A stretch of 39,209 bases of DNA. Source: a virus (lineage: Duplodnaviria > Caudoviricetes). A program made the position numbers and the translations under genes. The notes under the pieces are model-generated. The model was not told where the DNA came from. It searched no databases and saw only the letters and a program-made list of their open reading frames with translations. Of the stretch, positions 11,692 to 21,058 are shown piece by piece (position 1 is the first letter of the stretch; each line of letters opens with the position of its first letter). The stretch covers positions 1-39,209 of the IMG/VR virus record IMGVR_UViG_3300025103_003469. The stretch is one strand, 5' to 3'.

Positions 11692-12494
11692 AATTAATCC
11701 TATTTTTACTGTAATTAATCATTATAGACCTATATCAGACAATGAAAAGTTAGTGGAACGTTGTCACGGAAGGACTCCCAAAAAAGGTAGAGTGGATGGA
11801 AGAGATTTATTAGTAAATTTTTTGGATTCTCTTAATCAGTCAGCTGAATTTGATTATGAAACTTTGATAGTAGATAATGCGTCTGATACAATTATTGATG
11901 AATTTGATATAGCTCTTACTCATAATTATATTTCACTTAAAGATGATAAATTTGGATTAACTCGTGCTTGGAATATGGCAGCAAGTTTTGGATATCTAAA
12001 TGGTAATGATTTTATAGTTGTTTGTAATGACGATATTACATTTAATTCTTCTATAAATAATCTTTTTGATACTATTGAAAAGAGTGGTTATCCTAGTAGA
12101 GATACTTTATGGGGAGTAGTTTCAGATGGTGGGAGCAGTTATCATTATTCTACTAAATTAGAAGGTGGGATAAAAGATGTTACTGATTCTAATAATCATC
12201 CCGTTGATGGTGGATTACATGGATGGTTTTATGCTTTTCATAGAGATTATTTTAAGAAGTATAATATAGATGGTAAATTATTTGATGAAACATGGAAATG
12301 GTCTGGTGGAGAGAGATTTCAACACAATCATCGTTTGAGGGGTGGAAAACAATGTGTGGTTCTTTCTACATTAGTAAAACACGACAATGGTGGTTCATGG
12401 AGACATAATAGGGAGGATTGTAAATTATGATGAGATGGGACTTAATTAATTTTTTTACAAAAAAATTTAATTATAAAAAATATATAAATTTTGG
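11651..12494 (+). repeat. 20-bp direct repeat AAAAAATATATAAATTTTGG at 11651-11670 and 12475-12494
   Basis: Exact match read from the sequence. Confidence 0.85.
11678..12430 (+). CDS. Glycosyltransferase family 2-like, paralog of 9400..10107
   Basis: IVDNAS, GLTRAWN, CNDD, VKHD. Start moved to ATG 11678 because GGAG lies just upstream. Confidence 0.72.
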   Translation: MKRNKINPIFTVINHYRPISDNEKLVERCHGRTPKKGRVDGRDLLVNFLDSLNQSAEFDYETLIVDNASDTIIDEFDIALTHNYISLKDDKFGLTRAWNMAASFGYLNGNDFIVVCNDDITFNSSINNLFDTIEKSGYPSRDTLWGVVSDGGSSYHYSTKLEGGIKDVTDSNNHPVDGGLHGWFYAFHRDYFKKYNIDGKLFDETWKWSGGERFQHNHRLRGGKQCVVLSTLVKHDNGGSWRHNREDCKL

Positions 12495-12523
12495 TTAACT
12501 CAAGTAGAGTGGAAAAATGCATA
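12427..12523 (+). pseudogene. Chimeric remnant: methyltransferase 5' end joined to an epimerase-like 3' end
   Basis: MMRWDLINFFTKKFNYKKYINFG* (12427-12498) aligns with MKRSDIISFFIDKFKYKTYLEIG of 10094. Another frame reads KIYKFW like the end of 10690..11691, with 20 identical bases. Confidence 0.65.
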
Positions 12524-13413
12524 AAATAACATCAGTAATTCCAACCTTTAATAATTTACCATTTTTAAAATTAACGGTACAATCAGTTAGACAGAATTGT
12601 CATTATAATGATATGCCTATCTTTATATTTGCTGAGAATTGTACAGATGGTACTAATGAGTGGTTAGCAGAAAATGCTGACAAACTTGGTATTGAATATT
12701 ATGTAGAGACTGGTAATAAAGAACAACGTGGTATCGGTGGTGGTATTGATTTATGTGTAAGCCATGTCAAGACCGAATTTGTAAATATATTACATTCGGA
12801 TTTTTGGGTAGGACCGAATCAAGACATTGAGTTGTTGAAATTATTTGAAGAGTTTCCTAATGATAGGTTGATTGCTTCATCCTTTAGAGTACAACCAAAT
12901 ATATTTCCAAACGATCCTCCTTATAGACCTGGCACTATATTTGTTGACGTTGACAAGTTTGGTTGTCATGATACTGATTTTGAACAGAATTATTTTGATG
13001 ATTGGGCTGCTGAATTTACAAATGATAATGATGTACGAGTTAGGAAAGCTGGTGGAGCTGGATATTTCTGTAGAGTAGAAGACCATATTCATATAGGTGG
13101 TAATGATCCAAGATTTGAACCTATGTATTGGGAAGATAAGGATTTATTTTCACGTATGCAAATGGAAGACTATAAGTTCATAATGACGAGTAAATCTCTT
13201 ATCTGGCATTTCACATCAAGAACATCAAGGTTTCCCGATGGCACAAAGACCTTAGATAATAATAAAAGACCATCACATTTAGTGGAGTGGGAGAGAAGAG
13301 CAACACAAAGGTTTATAGAGAAGTGGGGTAGATTACCCGAAGAAGATGCTGATAGTTTTGTTGTGCCAATAATTGGTACAAATAACCCTAATAGAATAGA
13401 GTGGCCATTTTAA
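12517..13413 (+). CDS. Glycosyltransferase family 2
   Basis: VIPTFNN, ENCTDGT, HSD, EDKD, HFTSRTSRF, FIEKWG. Confidence 0.8.
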   Translation: MHKITSVIPTFNNLPFLKLTVQSVRQNCHYNDMPIFIFAENCTDGTNEWLAENADKLGIEYYVETGNKEQRGIGGGIDLCVSHVKTEFVNILHSDFWVGPNQDIELLKLFEEFPNDRLIASSFRVQPNIFPNDPPYRPGTIFVDVDKFGCHDTDFEQNYFDDWAAEFTNDNDVRVRKAGGAGYFCRVEDHIHIGGNDPRFEPMYWEDKDLFSRMQMEDYKFIMTSKSLIWHFTSRTSRFPDGTKTLDNNKRPSHLVEWERRATQRFIEKWGRLPEEDADSFVVPIIGTNNPNRIEWPF

Positions 13414-14315
13414 ATAAAACACTAATAATAGGACATCGTGGATATATAGGTTCACGATTGATTCAAGAGATTGATGCGGATGGAATTGATATCAATTGGT
13501 TTAGACCAGGTGATAACGATATTGATTTTAAAGATTTAACAAGAGAATATTATTCTGAGTATGACAATATAATTTTACTTGCTGGTCATTCAAGTGTAAA
13601 GATGTCGGAGAGTAACTTGAATAGTTGTTTTAATAACAATGTTAGGAACTTCATTGACTTATTAGAAAAGTTGGATAATCAGAAATTGATATATGCTAGT
13701 TCATCAAGTGTTTATGGTTCAGTTGGTGGTAAAACAGTAAATGAAAAATACTTTGGATTTGAACCATATAATCAATATGATATATCAAAACACGTGGCAG
13801 ATTTGTATGCTCAAAAGTCAGATGTGGAATACTATGCTCTTAGATTTGGAACTGTAAACGGATACTCACCATTTCTGAGAAGTGATGTGATGATAAATGC
13901 CATGGTCAATAGTGCTATAAATGATGGTCACATTAAACTTTACATCAAGGATACGATGCGACCAATATTGGGGATAAATGATTTATGTGGTGCGATAGAA
14001 TCCATAGTTGAATCGGAGGAAGATAAACGTGGTCTTTACAACTTAGCATCATTCAACAAGACAGCTGAACAAATTGCCTATGGAGTTGCTAGTGTCATGG
14101 GTGTTGAAGTTAAGGAGTTTGAAGTAGATCCAACACAAATAAAGAATACAAAAAATCAAACTAAAGCTTATAATTTTTCAATATCAACGTTGAAGTTTAG
14201 ACAAGAGTTTAAGTTTAAATTTAAAGATACTGTAGAGAGTTTAACAAGGGAACTAAAATACAATTGGGATAAAATGGAGAAAACAAATAGAAGTGAAGCA
14301 AAAGATTATGAGTGA
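13401..14315 (+). CDS. NAD-dependent epimerase/dehydratase (SDR)
   Basis: GHRGYIG, YASSSSVYG, YDISK, LRFGTVNG; GTG start. Confidence 0.8.
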   Translation: MAILNKTLIIGHRGYIGSRLIQEIDADGIDINWFRPGDNDIDFKDLTREYYSEYDNIILLAGHSSVKMSESNLNSCFNNNVRNFIDLLEKLDNQKLIYASSSSVYGSVGGKTVNEKYFGFEPYNQYDISKHVADLYAQKSDVEYYALRFGTVNGYSPFLRSDVMINAMVNSAINDGHIKLYIKDTMRPILGINDLCGAIESIVESEEDKRGLYNLASFNKTAEQIAYGVASVMGVEVKEFEVDPTQIKNTKNQTKAYNFSISTLKFRQEFKFKFKDTVESLTRELKYNWDKMEKTNRSEAKDYE

Positions 14316-15513
14316 GTATAAATCATTAGATAGATGCCTATGCTGCGATTCTGAAAATATAAATGTATTATTGGATTTAAATGAACAACCATTAGCAAAT
14401 TCATATCATAACGAAGATGAGAAGTTAGATGCATATCCACTAGGAGTAAACTTATGTAATAATTGTTATCATATTCAATTAACTCATATTGTCAATCCTG
14501 ATTTATTATTTAAGGATTATCTATATGTTAGTGGCACCACAAAAACTCTACATGATAATATGAAATGGTTTGTTGATTATATACTTGAACAAACATCATA
14601 TGGTAAAGGTAATAGTGTATTGGATATAGCTTGTAATGATGGAACACAATTAGATTATTTTAAAAATGTGGGATTCGATACATATGGAATTGATCCTGCT
14701 GAAAATCTATATGAGTTAAGTTCACAAAATCATAATGTGATTTGCGATTATTTTAATTCAGAACCATTTGGATTGTTTGATGTTATAACAGCACAGAATG
14801 TATTTGCTCACAATAGTAATCCAAAGGAATTTTTAGATGAATGTGAAAAGATAATGCATGATGATTCTGTACTTTATATTCAGACTTCACAGGCAGAGAT
14901 GATATTGAATAATCAATTTGATACGATTTATCACGAACACGTTTCATTCTTCAATATAAACTCCTTTGTTGAGTTGACAAAGAGGACTAACTTGAATTTG
15001 GTTGATGTGGTAAAGACACCAGTTCATGGTATAAGTTATTTATTCAAGTTGACTAAAAATAGATTTGAAGGTAGAAGAGGAGTCTTCAATGAATTAGAGG
15101 TTGAAAGACAACGTGGTTTATATAGTAAAAAGACGTATGATAAGTATAAATTAAATGTATCAGAAGTTGTAAATGATTTTAAAGAATTGGTTGAAAATTC
15201 TAAGGGAGAGGGTTTTAAGTTAGTTGGATATGGAGCGGCCGCTAAGGGTATGACGTTCTTAAACTTTGCTGATGTTAAGTTGGATTTTGTTATAGATGAC
15301 AATTCCCTTAAACAAGAATTGTATACGCCAGGTACTAATATATTGATTAAATCCGTTGAACATCTTAAAAGTTATGATGATGATGACAAAATATTATTCA
15401 TCCCATTGGCTTGGAATTTTTATGACGAAATTAGAGAAAGGATTAAGGACGTTAGAGATAATGAGAATGATTGGTTTTTACGATATTTTCCAAAAGTTAA
15501 AGTAGAGAGGTGA
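14308..15513 (+). CDS. NDP-sugar C-methyltransferase (Zn-binding N-terminus)
   Basis: CxxC...CxxC, DIACNDG, YHEH, YGAAAKG, AWNF. ATG 14308 preferred to GTG 14293. Confidence 0.85.
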   Translation: MSEYKSLDRCLCCDSENINVLLDLNEQPLANSYHNEDEKLDAYPLGVNLCNNCYHIQLTHIVNPDLLFKDYLYVSGTTKTLHDNMKWFVDYILEQTSYGKGNSVLDIACNDGTQLDYFKNVGFDTYGIDPAENLYELSSQNHNVICDYFNSEPFGLFDVITAQNVFAHNSNPKEFLDECEKIMHDDSVLYIQTSQAEMILNNQFDTIYHEHVSFFNINSFVELTKRTNLNLVDVVKTPVHGISYLFKLTKNRFEGRRGVFNELEVERQRGLYSKKTYDKYKLNVSEVVNDFKELVENSKGEGFKLVGYGAAAKGMTFLNFADVKLDFVIDDNSLKQELYTPGTNILIKSVEHLKSYDDDDKILFIPLAWNFYDEIRERIKDVRDNENDWFLRYFPKVKVER

Positions 15514-15514
15514 G

Positions 15515-15964
15515 ATGAGTTACATAACAAACATAGATACTCTTTCAGCATTGTTAGATAGGTTAATTTCCGAGAATATAAAATTACATTTTTTTAAGAA
15601 AGATGGAATAGTTGAAAATATAGAACATCAGGAGAAAGTTATATCAAAAATAAAAGATAGATTATTTGTTTTATTTGATGATGTTTATCATGGTGGAGAA
15701 TATGATTATATATCAGAGAAGAGAACTTACAAGCCAGAAGATATAGTTGAAACACTTGAAGAGTTAATTCATAATGATATTACTACTGGTGAAGGTGATA
15801 GGGCTAATCTAAAAGAAGCCACATCAGACAATCCATCATTAGAACATTTTACAAGGAATCATAAGTTGATTAGAAAAGCTAATGAAAATAGAGCTGTTGC
15901 TAAGAATAAGTTAGATGAACAATTTAAAGGTTACATAGATGAGCAAAAAGACAATAAAAGTTAA
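15515..15964 (+). CDS. Helical hypothetical protein (DUF6165/DUF4254-like)
   Basis: LLDRLISENIK and NENRAVAKNKLDE recall these glycan-locus-associated families; recognised from memory only. Confidence 0.35.
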   Translation: MSYITNIDTLSALLDRLISENIKLHFFKKDGIVENIEHQEKVISKIKDRLFVLFDDVYHGGEYDYISEKRTYKPEDIVETLEELIHNDITTGEGDRANLKEATSDNPSLEHFTRNHKLIRKANENRAVAKNKLDEQFKGYIDEQKDNKS

Positions 15965-16874
15965 TTGTGAATTTGCTTCCGAGTTAATATGTGTTATACC
16001 TTATGTCAATTGGTTACATGAAAACAATCAATTAGATGGTGTTATCACGAGTAGGGGTATGAAACCATTTTATTATTTTTGTGATAATGTCGAAGAGAAA
16101 TTTGAGTATAGAACATTTGATATTAATACTAATGGTCTTATCGATGTTCCAAACAATTGGGTACATCATAATACTAAAGCTGTGTTTGGTAAACTATATG
16201 AAGAAATGTCTAAGGAAGAACAAATACAAGCGAATGGAGTTTTAGATTATTCTGAATGGATACCACCATCGTATAAGAATTATTACAACGACAATACATT
16301 TGATAATTTAAAACCTTACGTTGTTATAAATAATAATTACAATATAGAATTTGGAAACGATATTACAGAGTCAAGAAGGTATTTTGATTTACAGACTTTA
16401 AGTGAGATGTTTTATTACTTTCAAGAGAAAGGTTACAATGTAATTTACAAAAGACCAGATAACACAGAATTTGCACCAGACCAAAACGAAATTGCTACCT
16501 TACAAGGTGGATATCAATTTTCTGAATTGACCGACCAAGGCACAATGAGTGACTATGGGTTATGTCATTACTATGATAATGTATTTAACATAAATGATAT
16601 GGAGTATGATAACTATAACGAGTTTCAACTAAGATGTTTTTCTAATGCTGAGGGGTTCATAACAACTAATGGTGGTGGTGGAATTTTAACTTGCTATTTT
16701 GATAAAAAAGTGTTATTTTATGTACCACATGGAAAAGAATTAAGAGATGGTTATTTGACGAAAGAAAACTCTTATGTCAATAAATTGTCTAATGCTAAAG
16801 TTCATGTTGTCTTGGATAATGGGGACAATAATGATTATACAAAAATATTAAATAAAATGAAGGATATTTTTTAA
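15939..16874 (+). CDS. Hypothetical protein, possible GT-B glycosyltransferase
   Basis: 311-aa coupled ORF; FITTNGGG resembles a GT9-like C-domain. Confidence 0.4.
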   Translation: MSKKTIKVNCEFASELICVIPYVNWLHENNQLDGVITSRGMKPFYYFCDNVEEKFEYRTFDINTNGLIDVPNNWVHHNTKAVFGKLYEEMSKEEQIQANGVLDYSEWIPPSYKNYYNDNTFDNLKPYVVINNNYNIEFGNDITESRRYFDLQTLSEMFYYFQEKGYNVIYKRPDNTEFAPDQNEIATLQGGYQFSELTDQGTMSDYGLCHYYDNVFNINDMEYDNYNEFQLRCFSNAEGFITTNGGGGILTCYFDKKVLFYVPHGKELRDGYLTKENSYVNKLSNAKVHVVLDNGDNNDYTKILNKMKDIF

Positions 16875-17749
16875 TGAAAATAAAACAAAAAATAGGAATA
16901 GTTGGTAACGGATTTGTAGGTTCTGCAGTTCGGTATGGATTTTCACCAAACGTTGGCGTTGATGCGGAAGTACGAGTATATGATGCAAATCCAAACAAAT
17001 CAACTCATACATTAGAAGAAACAGTTAATGAATCTGATTTTATATTTTTATCAGTACCAACTCCGGCCAATAAAGATGGTTCAATTAATATTGATATTTT
17101 AGATAAAGCTTTAAATGATATAAACGAAGTGTTAGAAATAGATAATACTATATTGATTAGGTCTACTGTAATACCCGGTACGACACGAGAACTCCAGTAT
17201 AAGTATAATCAGTTAAATTTATTATTTAATCCAGAATTTCTAACTGAAAGGTCAGCTAAGTTTGATTTTATTAATCAAAGTCGTTTTATAGTTGGTAGTA
17301 GTGAAAAATCACTCAATATGATGTGTGCTGAAAGATTTACTGATTTGATTAGAGATAGGTTTGGTGATTGTGTTGCAGTATTGGAAACCAATTACGAAAC
17401 TGCGGAGATGATTAAGTATATGAGTAATTGTTTTTTTGCTACTAAGGTATCATTTATGAATGAAATGTATCAAATAGCCGAAAAGTCAAATGTAAATTGG
17501 GATGATGCCGTAGCTGGTTTTGTAGCTGATGGTAGAATAGGACACTCACACTTAAATGTACCTGGACATGATGGTAAGTATGGATTTGGTGGAAGTTGTT
17601 TTCCAAAAGACATACAGGCGATGATTGACTTTGCTGAAACATTTGGATTAAATCCAACTGTACTGAAAGGTGCTTGGGAGAAGAATTTACAAGTTAGACC
17701 AGAAGAAGATTGGAAACAACTAAAGGGAAGGGCAGTAACCGATGAGTGA
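16874..17749 (+). CDS. ugd: Second short UDP-glucose/GDP-mannose dehydrogenase
   Basis: GNGFVG, SVPTP, RST, NPEFLTE, GFGGSCFPKD. Confidence 0.85.
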   Translation: MKIKQKIGIVGNGFVGSAVRYGFSPNVGVDAEVRVYDANPNKSTHTLEETVNESDFIFLSVPTPANKDGSINIDILDKALNDINEVLEIDNTILIRSTVIPGTTRELQYKYNQLNLLFNPEFLTERSAKFDFINQSRFIVGSSEKSLNMMCAERFTDLIRDRFGDCVAVLETNYETAEMIKYMSNCFFATKVSFMNEMYQIAEKSNVNWDDAVAGFVADGRIGHSHLNVPGHDGKYGFGGSCFPKDIQAMIDFAETFGLNPTVLKGAWEKNLQVRPEEDWKQLKGRAVTDE

Positions 17750-19028
17750 TAAAGTAATAAGTTTTATTCAACCCTCGCGTAATAATTTACGCTACTTAAA
17801 GTGGTCTTACAATAGTATCAGAAAGAACTTAGGATACAGACATGAGATTTGTGTGGCATCCGATTATTCTACGGATGGAACGGTGGAATGGTGTGAAGAA
17901 ATATCTAAAAAAGATGCAAACTTTAAGTATATAGTAAATGATGGAAGTTGGTTCGGAGAGAATAAAGATGAACCAAAAAGAATGGGGCACACATTACTTT
18001 ATGATCGGCTTATTAATAAGGTGGCAACTAATGATATAGTTATGATTTGGCATAGTGATATGTACGCCTGCCCTAATTTAGATACAGAGATACTTAAACA
18101 TTTAGAACGAGGTAAGGTAGTAAGTGCAACGAGAATAGAACCACCATTACATCCAGACGGACCTGAAAAGATATTAGAGGATTTTGGTATTGAACCAGAG
18201 GAGTTCAAGGAACAAAAATTATTGGAATTTGCTGACAATATACAGACTGGAAGAGATGGTATATTGTATGGACCACTAGCATTAAAACAAGAAACATCAA
18301 AAGGAATATTCGCGCCTTGGGCTATATACAAAGATGACTTTGTAAGTATTGGTGGACATGATCCTTTATATGCTCCACAATCCAAAGAGGACTCTGATAT
18401 ATTCAATCGTTTTGTATTGGCTGGATATGAATTAATACAAACTTGGAAGGGGTTAGTATATCATATGACTTGTAGAGGTTCAAGATTCAAAGATGGTGCT
18501 ATGAGAAATCCAGCAGGTCAAGTCTTTATGAAAAACAGAGAAAGTAGTGAGTGGTTAGCACAAAATCTAAGGAGTACTCGTAACTTCATTCGTAAATGGG
18601 GGCATATGGTAAAACATGATGAATATTTGAAACCTATAATCCCACCAAAATATGATATAGGATTTGTCGTAGAGAATTGCAGTACTGAGATGTTGAAAGA
18701 ATTAGAGCCGTGGTGTAGTGATATTTATGGTGATTGGGTTGGTCATAAAGGTTATGGCGTAAACAAGTATATTGAAGAAGAACAAAAAGATACTCAATTT
18801 GATTTAAGTAAGAAAATACATTCTGACCGTATAAAACCAAAGAACAATGTGATTGTTAAGTTTGATTGCAACGAGCTCAATCAGGACAATTTTCAAATCA
18901 TAGTTAACCTTTCTGAAATACTTCAAGAAAGTGGAGATGTTGGAGAAATGGAATTGGGTATTTTTAAATTAAACATCAAATCATTGAAAACATATGAAAA
19001 AGATTTGATTTTTTGTAAGAATAAGTAA
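17742..19028 (+). CDS. Glycosyltransferase family 2 with C-terminal extension
   Basis: DYSTDGT, HSD, EDSD, HMTCRGSRF, FIRKWG; related to 12517..13413. Confidence 0.8.
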   Translation: MSDKVISFIQPSRNNLRYLKWSYNSIRKNLGYRHEICVASDYSTDGTVEWCEEISKKDANFKYIVNDGSWFGENKDEPKRMGHTLLYDRLINKVATNDIVMIWHSDMYACPNLDTEILKHLERGKVVSATRIEPPLHPDGPEKILEDFGIEPEEFKEQKLLEFADNIQTGRDGILYGPLALKQETSKGIFAPWAIYKDDFVSIGGHDPLYAPQSKEDSDIFNRFVLAGYELIQTWKGLVYHMTCRGSRFKDGAMRNPAGQVFMKNRESSEWLAQNLRSTRNFIRKWGHMVKHDEYLKPIIPPKYDIGFVVENCSTEMLKELEPWCSDIYGDWVGHKGYGVNKYIEEEQKDTQFDLSKKIHSDRIKPKNNVIVKFDCNELNQDNFQIIVNLSEILQESGDVGEMELGIFKLNIKSLKTYEKDLIFCKNK

Positions 19029-19053
19029 TATTTATAAGTGTAATAGGAGTTAT

Positions 19054-19290
19054 ATGATGGACAAATTAGGTTTATATATTAATAATTTAATGACAACAAT
19101 TGTATCGAAAGATGAAAAGTTTTTTTTAAGAAAACTTGCATTTGATGAATTGTGTAAATTAAAAATGGATACGTCGGATTTTTTGGCAAGGTATGTTGAT
19201 GAGTTTGATGGAATACCTGATGAATTAAAAGAAAAGGATACTAAACAACTAATACTAGAGTTCGGAGAACAAAATGAAAATAACAAGTGA
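19054..19290 (+). CDS. Hypothetical protein
   Basis: AGGAG RBS; first gene of a coupled series. Confidence 0.7.
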   Translation: MMDKLGLYINNLMTTIVSKDEKFFLRKLAFDELCKLKMDTSDFLARYVDEFDGIPDELKEKDTKQLILEFGEQNENNK

Positions 19291-19492
19291 TGTATTGACT
19301 GAATTACAAAAGATTCGGTCAGCAATCGATGATGCTTATGAAAAACTTAATGTCATACTGTATGATAGAGTTACAGCAGTTAAGACTACTTATAAACCAT
19401 CAAACCCGTCTGAAAAGGTAACTGAAAATTTTAGTTATATTTCAGAAAAGATAAGACTTATTCAAGAATCAGAAGTAATAGGTGAAGAATAA
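19274..19492 (+). CDS. Hypothetical protein
   Basis: GGAG RBS; overlaps neighbours. Confidence 0.7.
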   Translation: MKITSDVLTELQKIRSAIDDAYEKLNVILYDRVTAVKTTYKPSNPSEKVTENFSYISEKIRLIQESEVIGEE

Positions 19493-19713
19493 TGGCAAAC
19501 GATCACGCAAAAGATAGATATGATCCACCTGGTGTAGGTAGTGATTTTGATGAACATATATATGGTGATGTAGTTAGGGGTGAAGTCTTTAGATTAAAAC
19601 CATTAAGTGCGGATAAAGTTTATCGTAAGGTAGATGAATATAATTGTCACGATATAATTGAAAATCAAACTAAACAATTTGATGCTAAGTTAAAAGTATA
19701 TGTCAAGTCGTAA
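19492..19713 (+). CDS. Hypothetical protein
   Basis: TAATG stop/start coupling. Confidence 0.7.
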   Translation: MANDHAKDRYDPPGVGSDFDEHIYGDVVRGEVFRLKPLSADKVYRKVDEYNCHDIIENQTKQFDAKLKVYVKS

Positions 19714-20206
19714 TTTTGAAAAGCCTATAAAAATCCACGGCCGCAGAAGAGTCATCACTAAAAAGATGATTGAAGACGCTCAGGCAGTTACTAAATCCAA
19801 TGCTGAGGCATCTCGTTGGTTAAGTATTAATTACCTAACTTATCGTAAGTATGCTAAGATGTATGGGTTATTTGAAGGTCATTTAAATCAACGGGGTATA
19901 GGGATCAAGAAGGGTTATGGTAAATACCGACAACCCTTGGATGTACTTTTAGCACGAGACAGAAAGAATAAATTAACAAGAAGGTATTTAAAGAAACGAC
20001 TCATAAGTGATGGGTGGGTAGAAGAGGCTTGTAGTTCCTGTGGTTATAACGAAATAGTCATGGGTAGAGAAAGTGTTGCTCTTTTACTTGATTTTATAGA
20101 TGGGGATGATGAAAATACTCAATTAGATAATATAAGGTTATTGTGTCCAAATTGTTATTTATCATACAATGGACAAATGCCATCAGCTGGAATATTTTAC
20201 AAATGA
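19700..20206 (+). CDS. HTH plus degenerate HNH/zinc-finger protein
   Basis: HTH-like SNAEASRWLSINYLTYRKYAK; CSSCG...LDFIDGD..N..LDNIRLLCPNCY. Confidence 0.7.
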   Translation: MSSRNFEKPIKIHGRRRVITKKMIEDAQAVTKSNAEASRWLSINYLTYRKYAKMYGLFEGHLNQRGIGIKKGYGKYRQPLDVLLARDRKNKLTRRYLKKRLISDGWVEEACSSCGYNEIVMGRESVALLLDFIDGDDENTQLDNIRLLCPNCYLSYNGQMPSAGIFYK

Positions 20207-20373
20207 AAAAACAAAAAGTAATGTTAATCAAAGATTTTCATAATGAAAATGGCACACTACACGCGGGTGAAAAAGTCACAATAGAGGACGTACATAATGG
20301 ATACACTCGTGTTCAAAACAACATGGGACAAATATTTGTTGTTCCATCACATATATTAAAAGAAATTGCTTGA
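20203..20373 (+). CDS. Small beta-rich (SH3-like) hypothetical protein
   Basis: ATGA overlap with the preceding stop; 56 aa. Confidence 0.6.
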   Translation: MKKQKVMLIKDFHNENGTLHAGEKVTIEDVHNGYTRVQNNMGQIFVVPSHILKEIA

Positions 20374-20398
20374 CTCTTAACCTTTTTCTTCGTATATT
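20370..20398 (+). promoter_or_regulatory. Sigma70-type promoter
   Basis: TTGACT-17 bp-TATATT directly upstream of def. Confidence 0.7.
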
Positions 20399-20404
20399 AA
20401 ATAT

Positions 20405-21058
20405 ATGAAAAAGGTTATAAATTGTTATAGAGAAAACAACCCAGTAATAAACAAAAAACCAAGAGAGGTTTCAGTTGAAGAAGGAATGGAAATCGCTACG
20501 GAATTATTCAACATACTCAATGAAAGGAAGGATGGTATTGGGTTGGCGGCTAATCAAGTTGGGATCGATGCTGCTGTTGCTGTACTTAATGTTCGGGAGC
20601 CGATTATTTTAATCAATCCCAAAATTGAAGAACAATGGGATGAGATTGATTACTACGAAGGATGTCTTAGTTATCCAAATAAGGGAATTCACACTAAACG
20701 ATATAAAAATGTTATAGTAAAAACCGCACAATTAGAAAGTGGTTTGTACTTTAGTGGAGCACAATCACCTACCGATAGTAAAGGCAGTTGGGAAAAGGAA
20801 CAAAGTAAATCAGAAGATGCTGATGAAAGATTACTTGAAGCAGTCTGTGTTCAACATGAGATAGACCATTTGATGGGAAAAACAATTCACGATAGAGAAA
20901 ATAAACCAAAACCAATTAGAGTTAAAAAAGGATTTGGAAGAAATGAAATCGTTGGTATCACAGATGGTGATACCTACAAAGAAATTAAATATAAAAAAGC
21001 AAAACCACTTATAGATAGTGGTAAATGGGAAATTTATATAGGAAGCCCGATAACTTGA
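20405..21058 (+). CDS. def: Peptide deformylase with C-terminal extension
   Basis: GIGLAANQVG, EGCLS, QHEIDH. Confidence 0.93.
   Translation: MKKVINCYRENNPVINKKPREVSVEEGMEIATELFNILNERKDGIGLAANQVGIDAAVAVLNVREPIILINPKIEEQWDEIDYYEGCLSYPNKGIHTKRYKNVIVKTAQLESGLYFSGAQSPTDSKGSWEKEQSKSEDADERLLEAVCVQHEIDHLMGKTIHDRENKPKPIRVKKGFGRNEIVGITDGDTYKEIKYKKAKPLIDSGKWEIYIGSPIT

Noticed and set aside
1-19028. Ordinary bacterial O-antigen or capsule locus
   Set aside because: No export or polymerase genes in view, and it is contiguous with typical phage small ORFs, a homing endonuclease and orphan MTases. The upstream flank is unseen, so this is not fully excluded.
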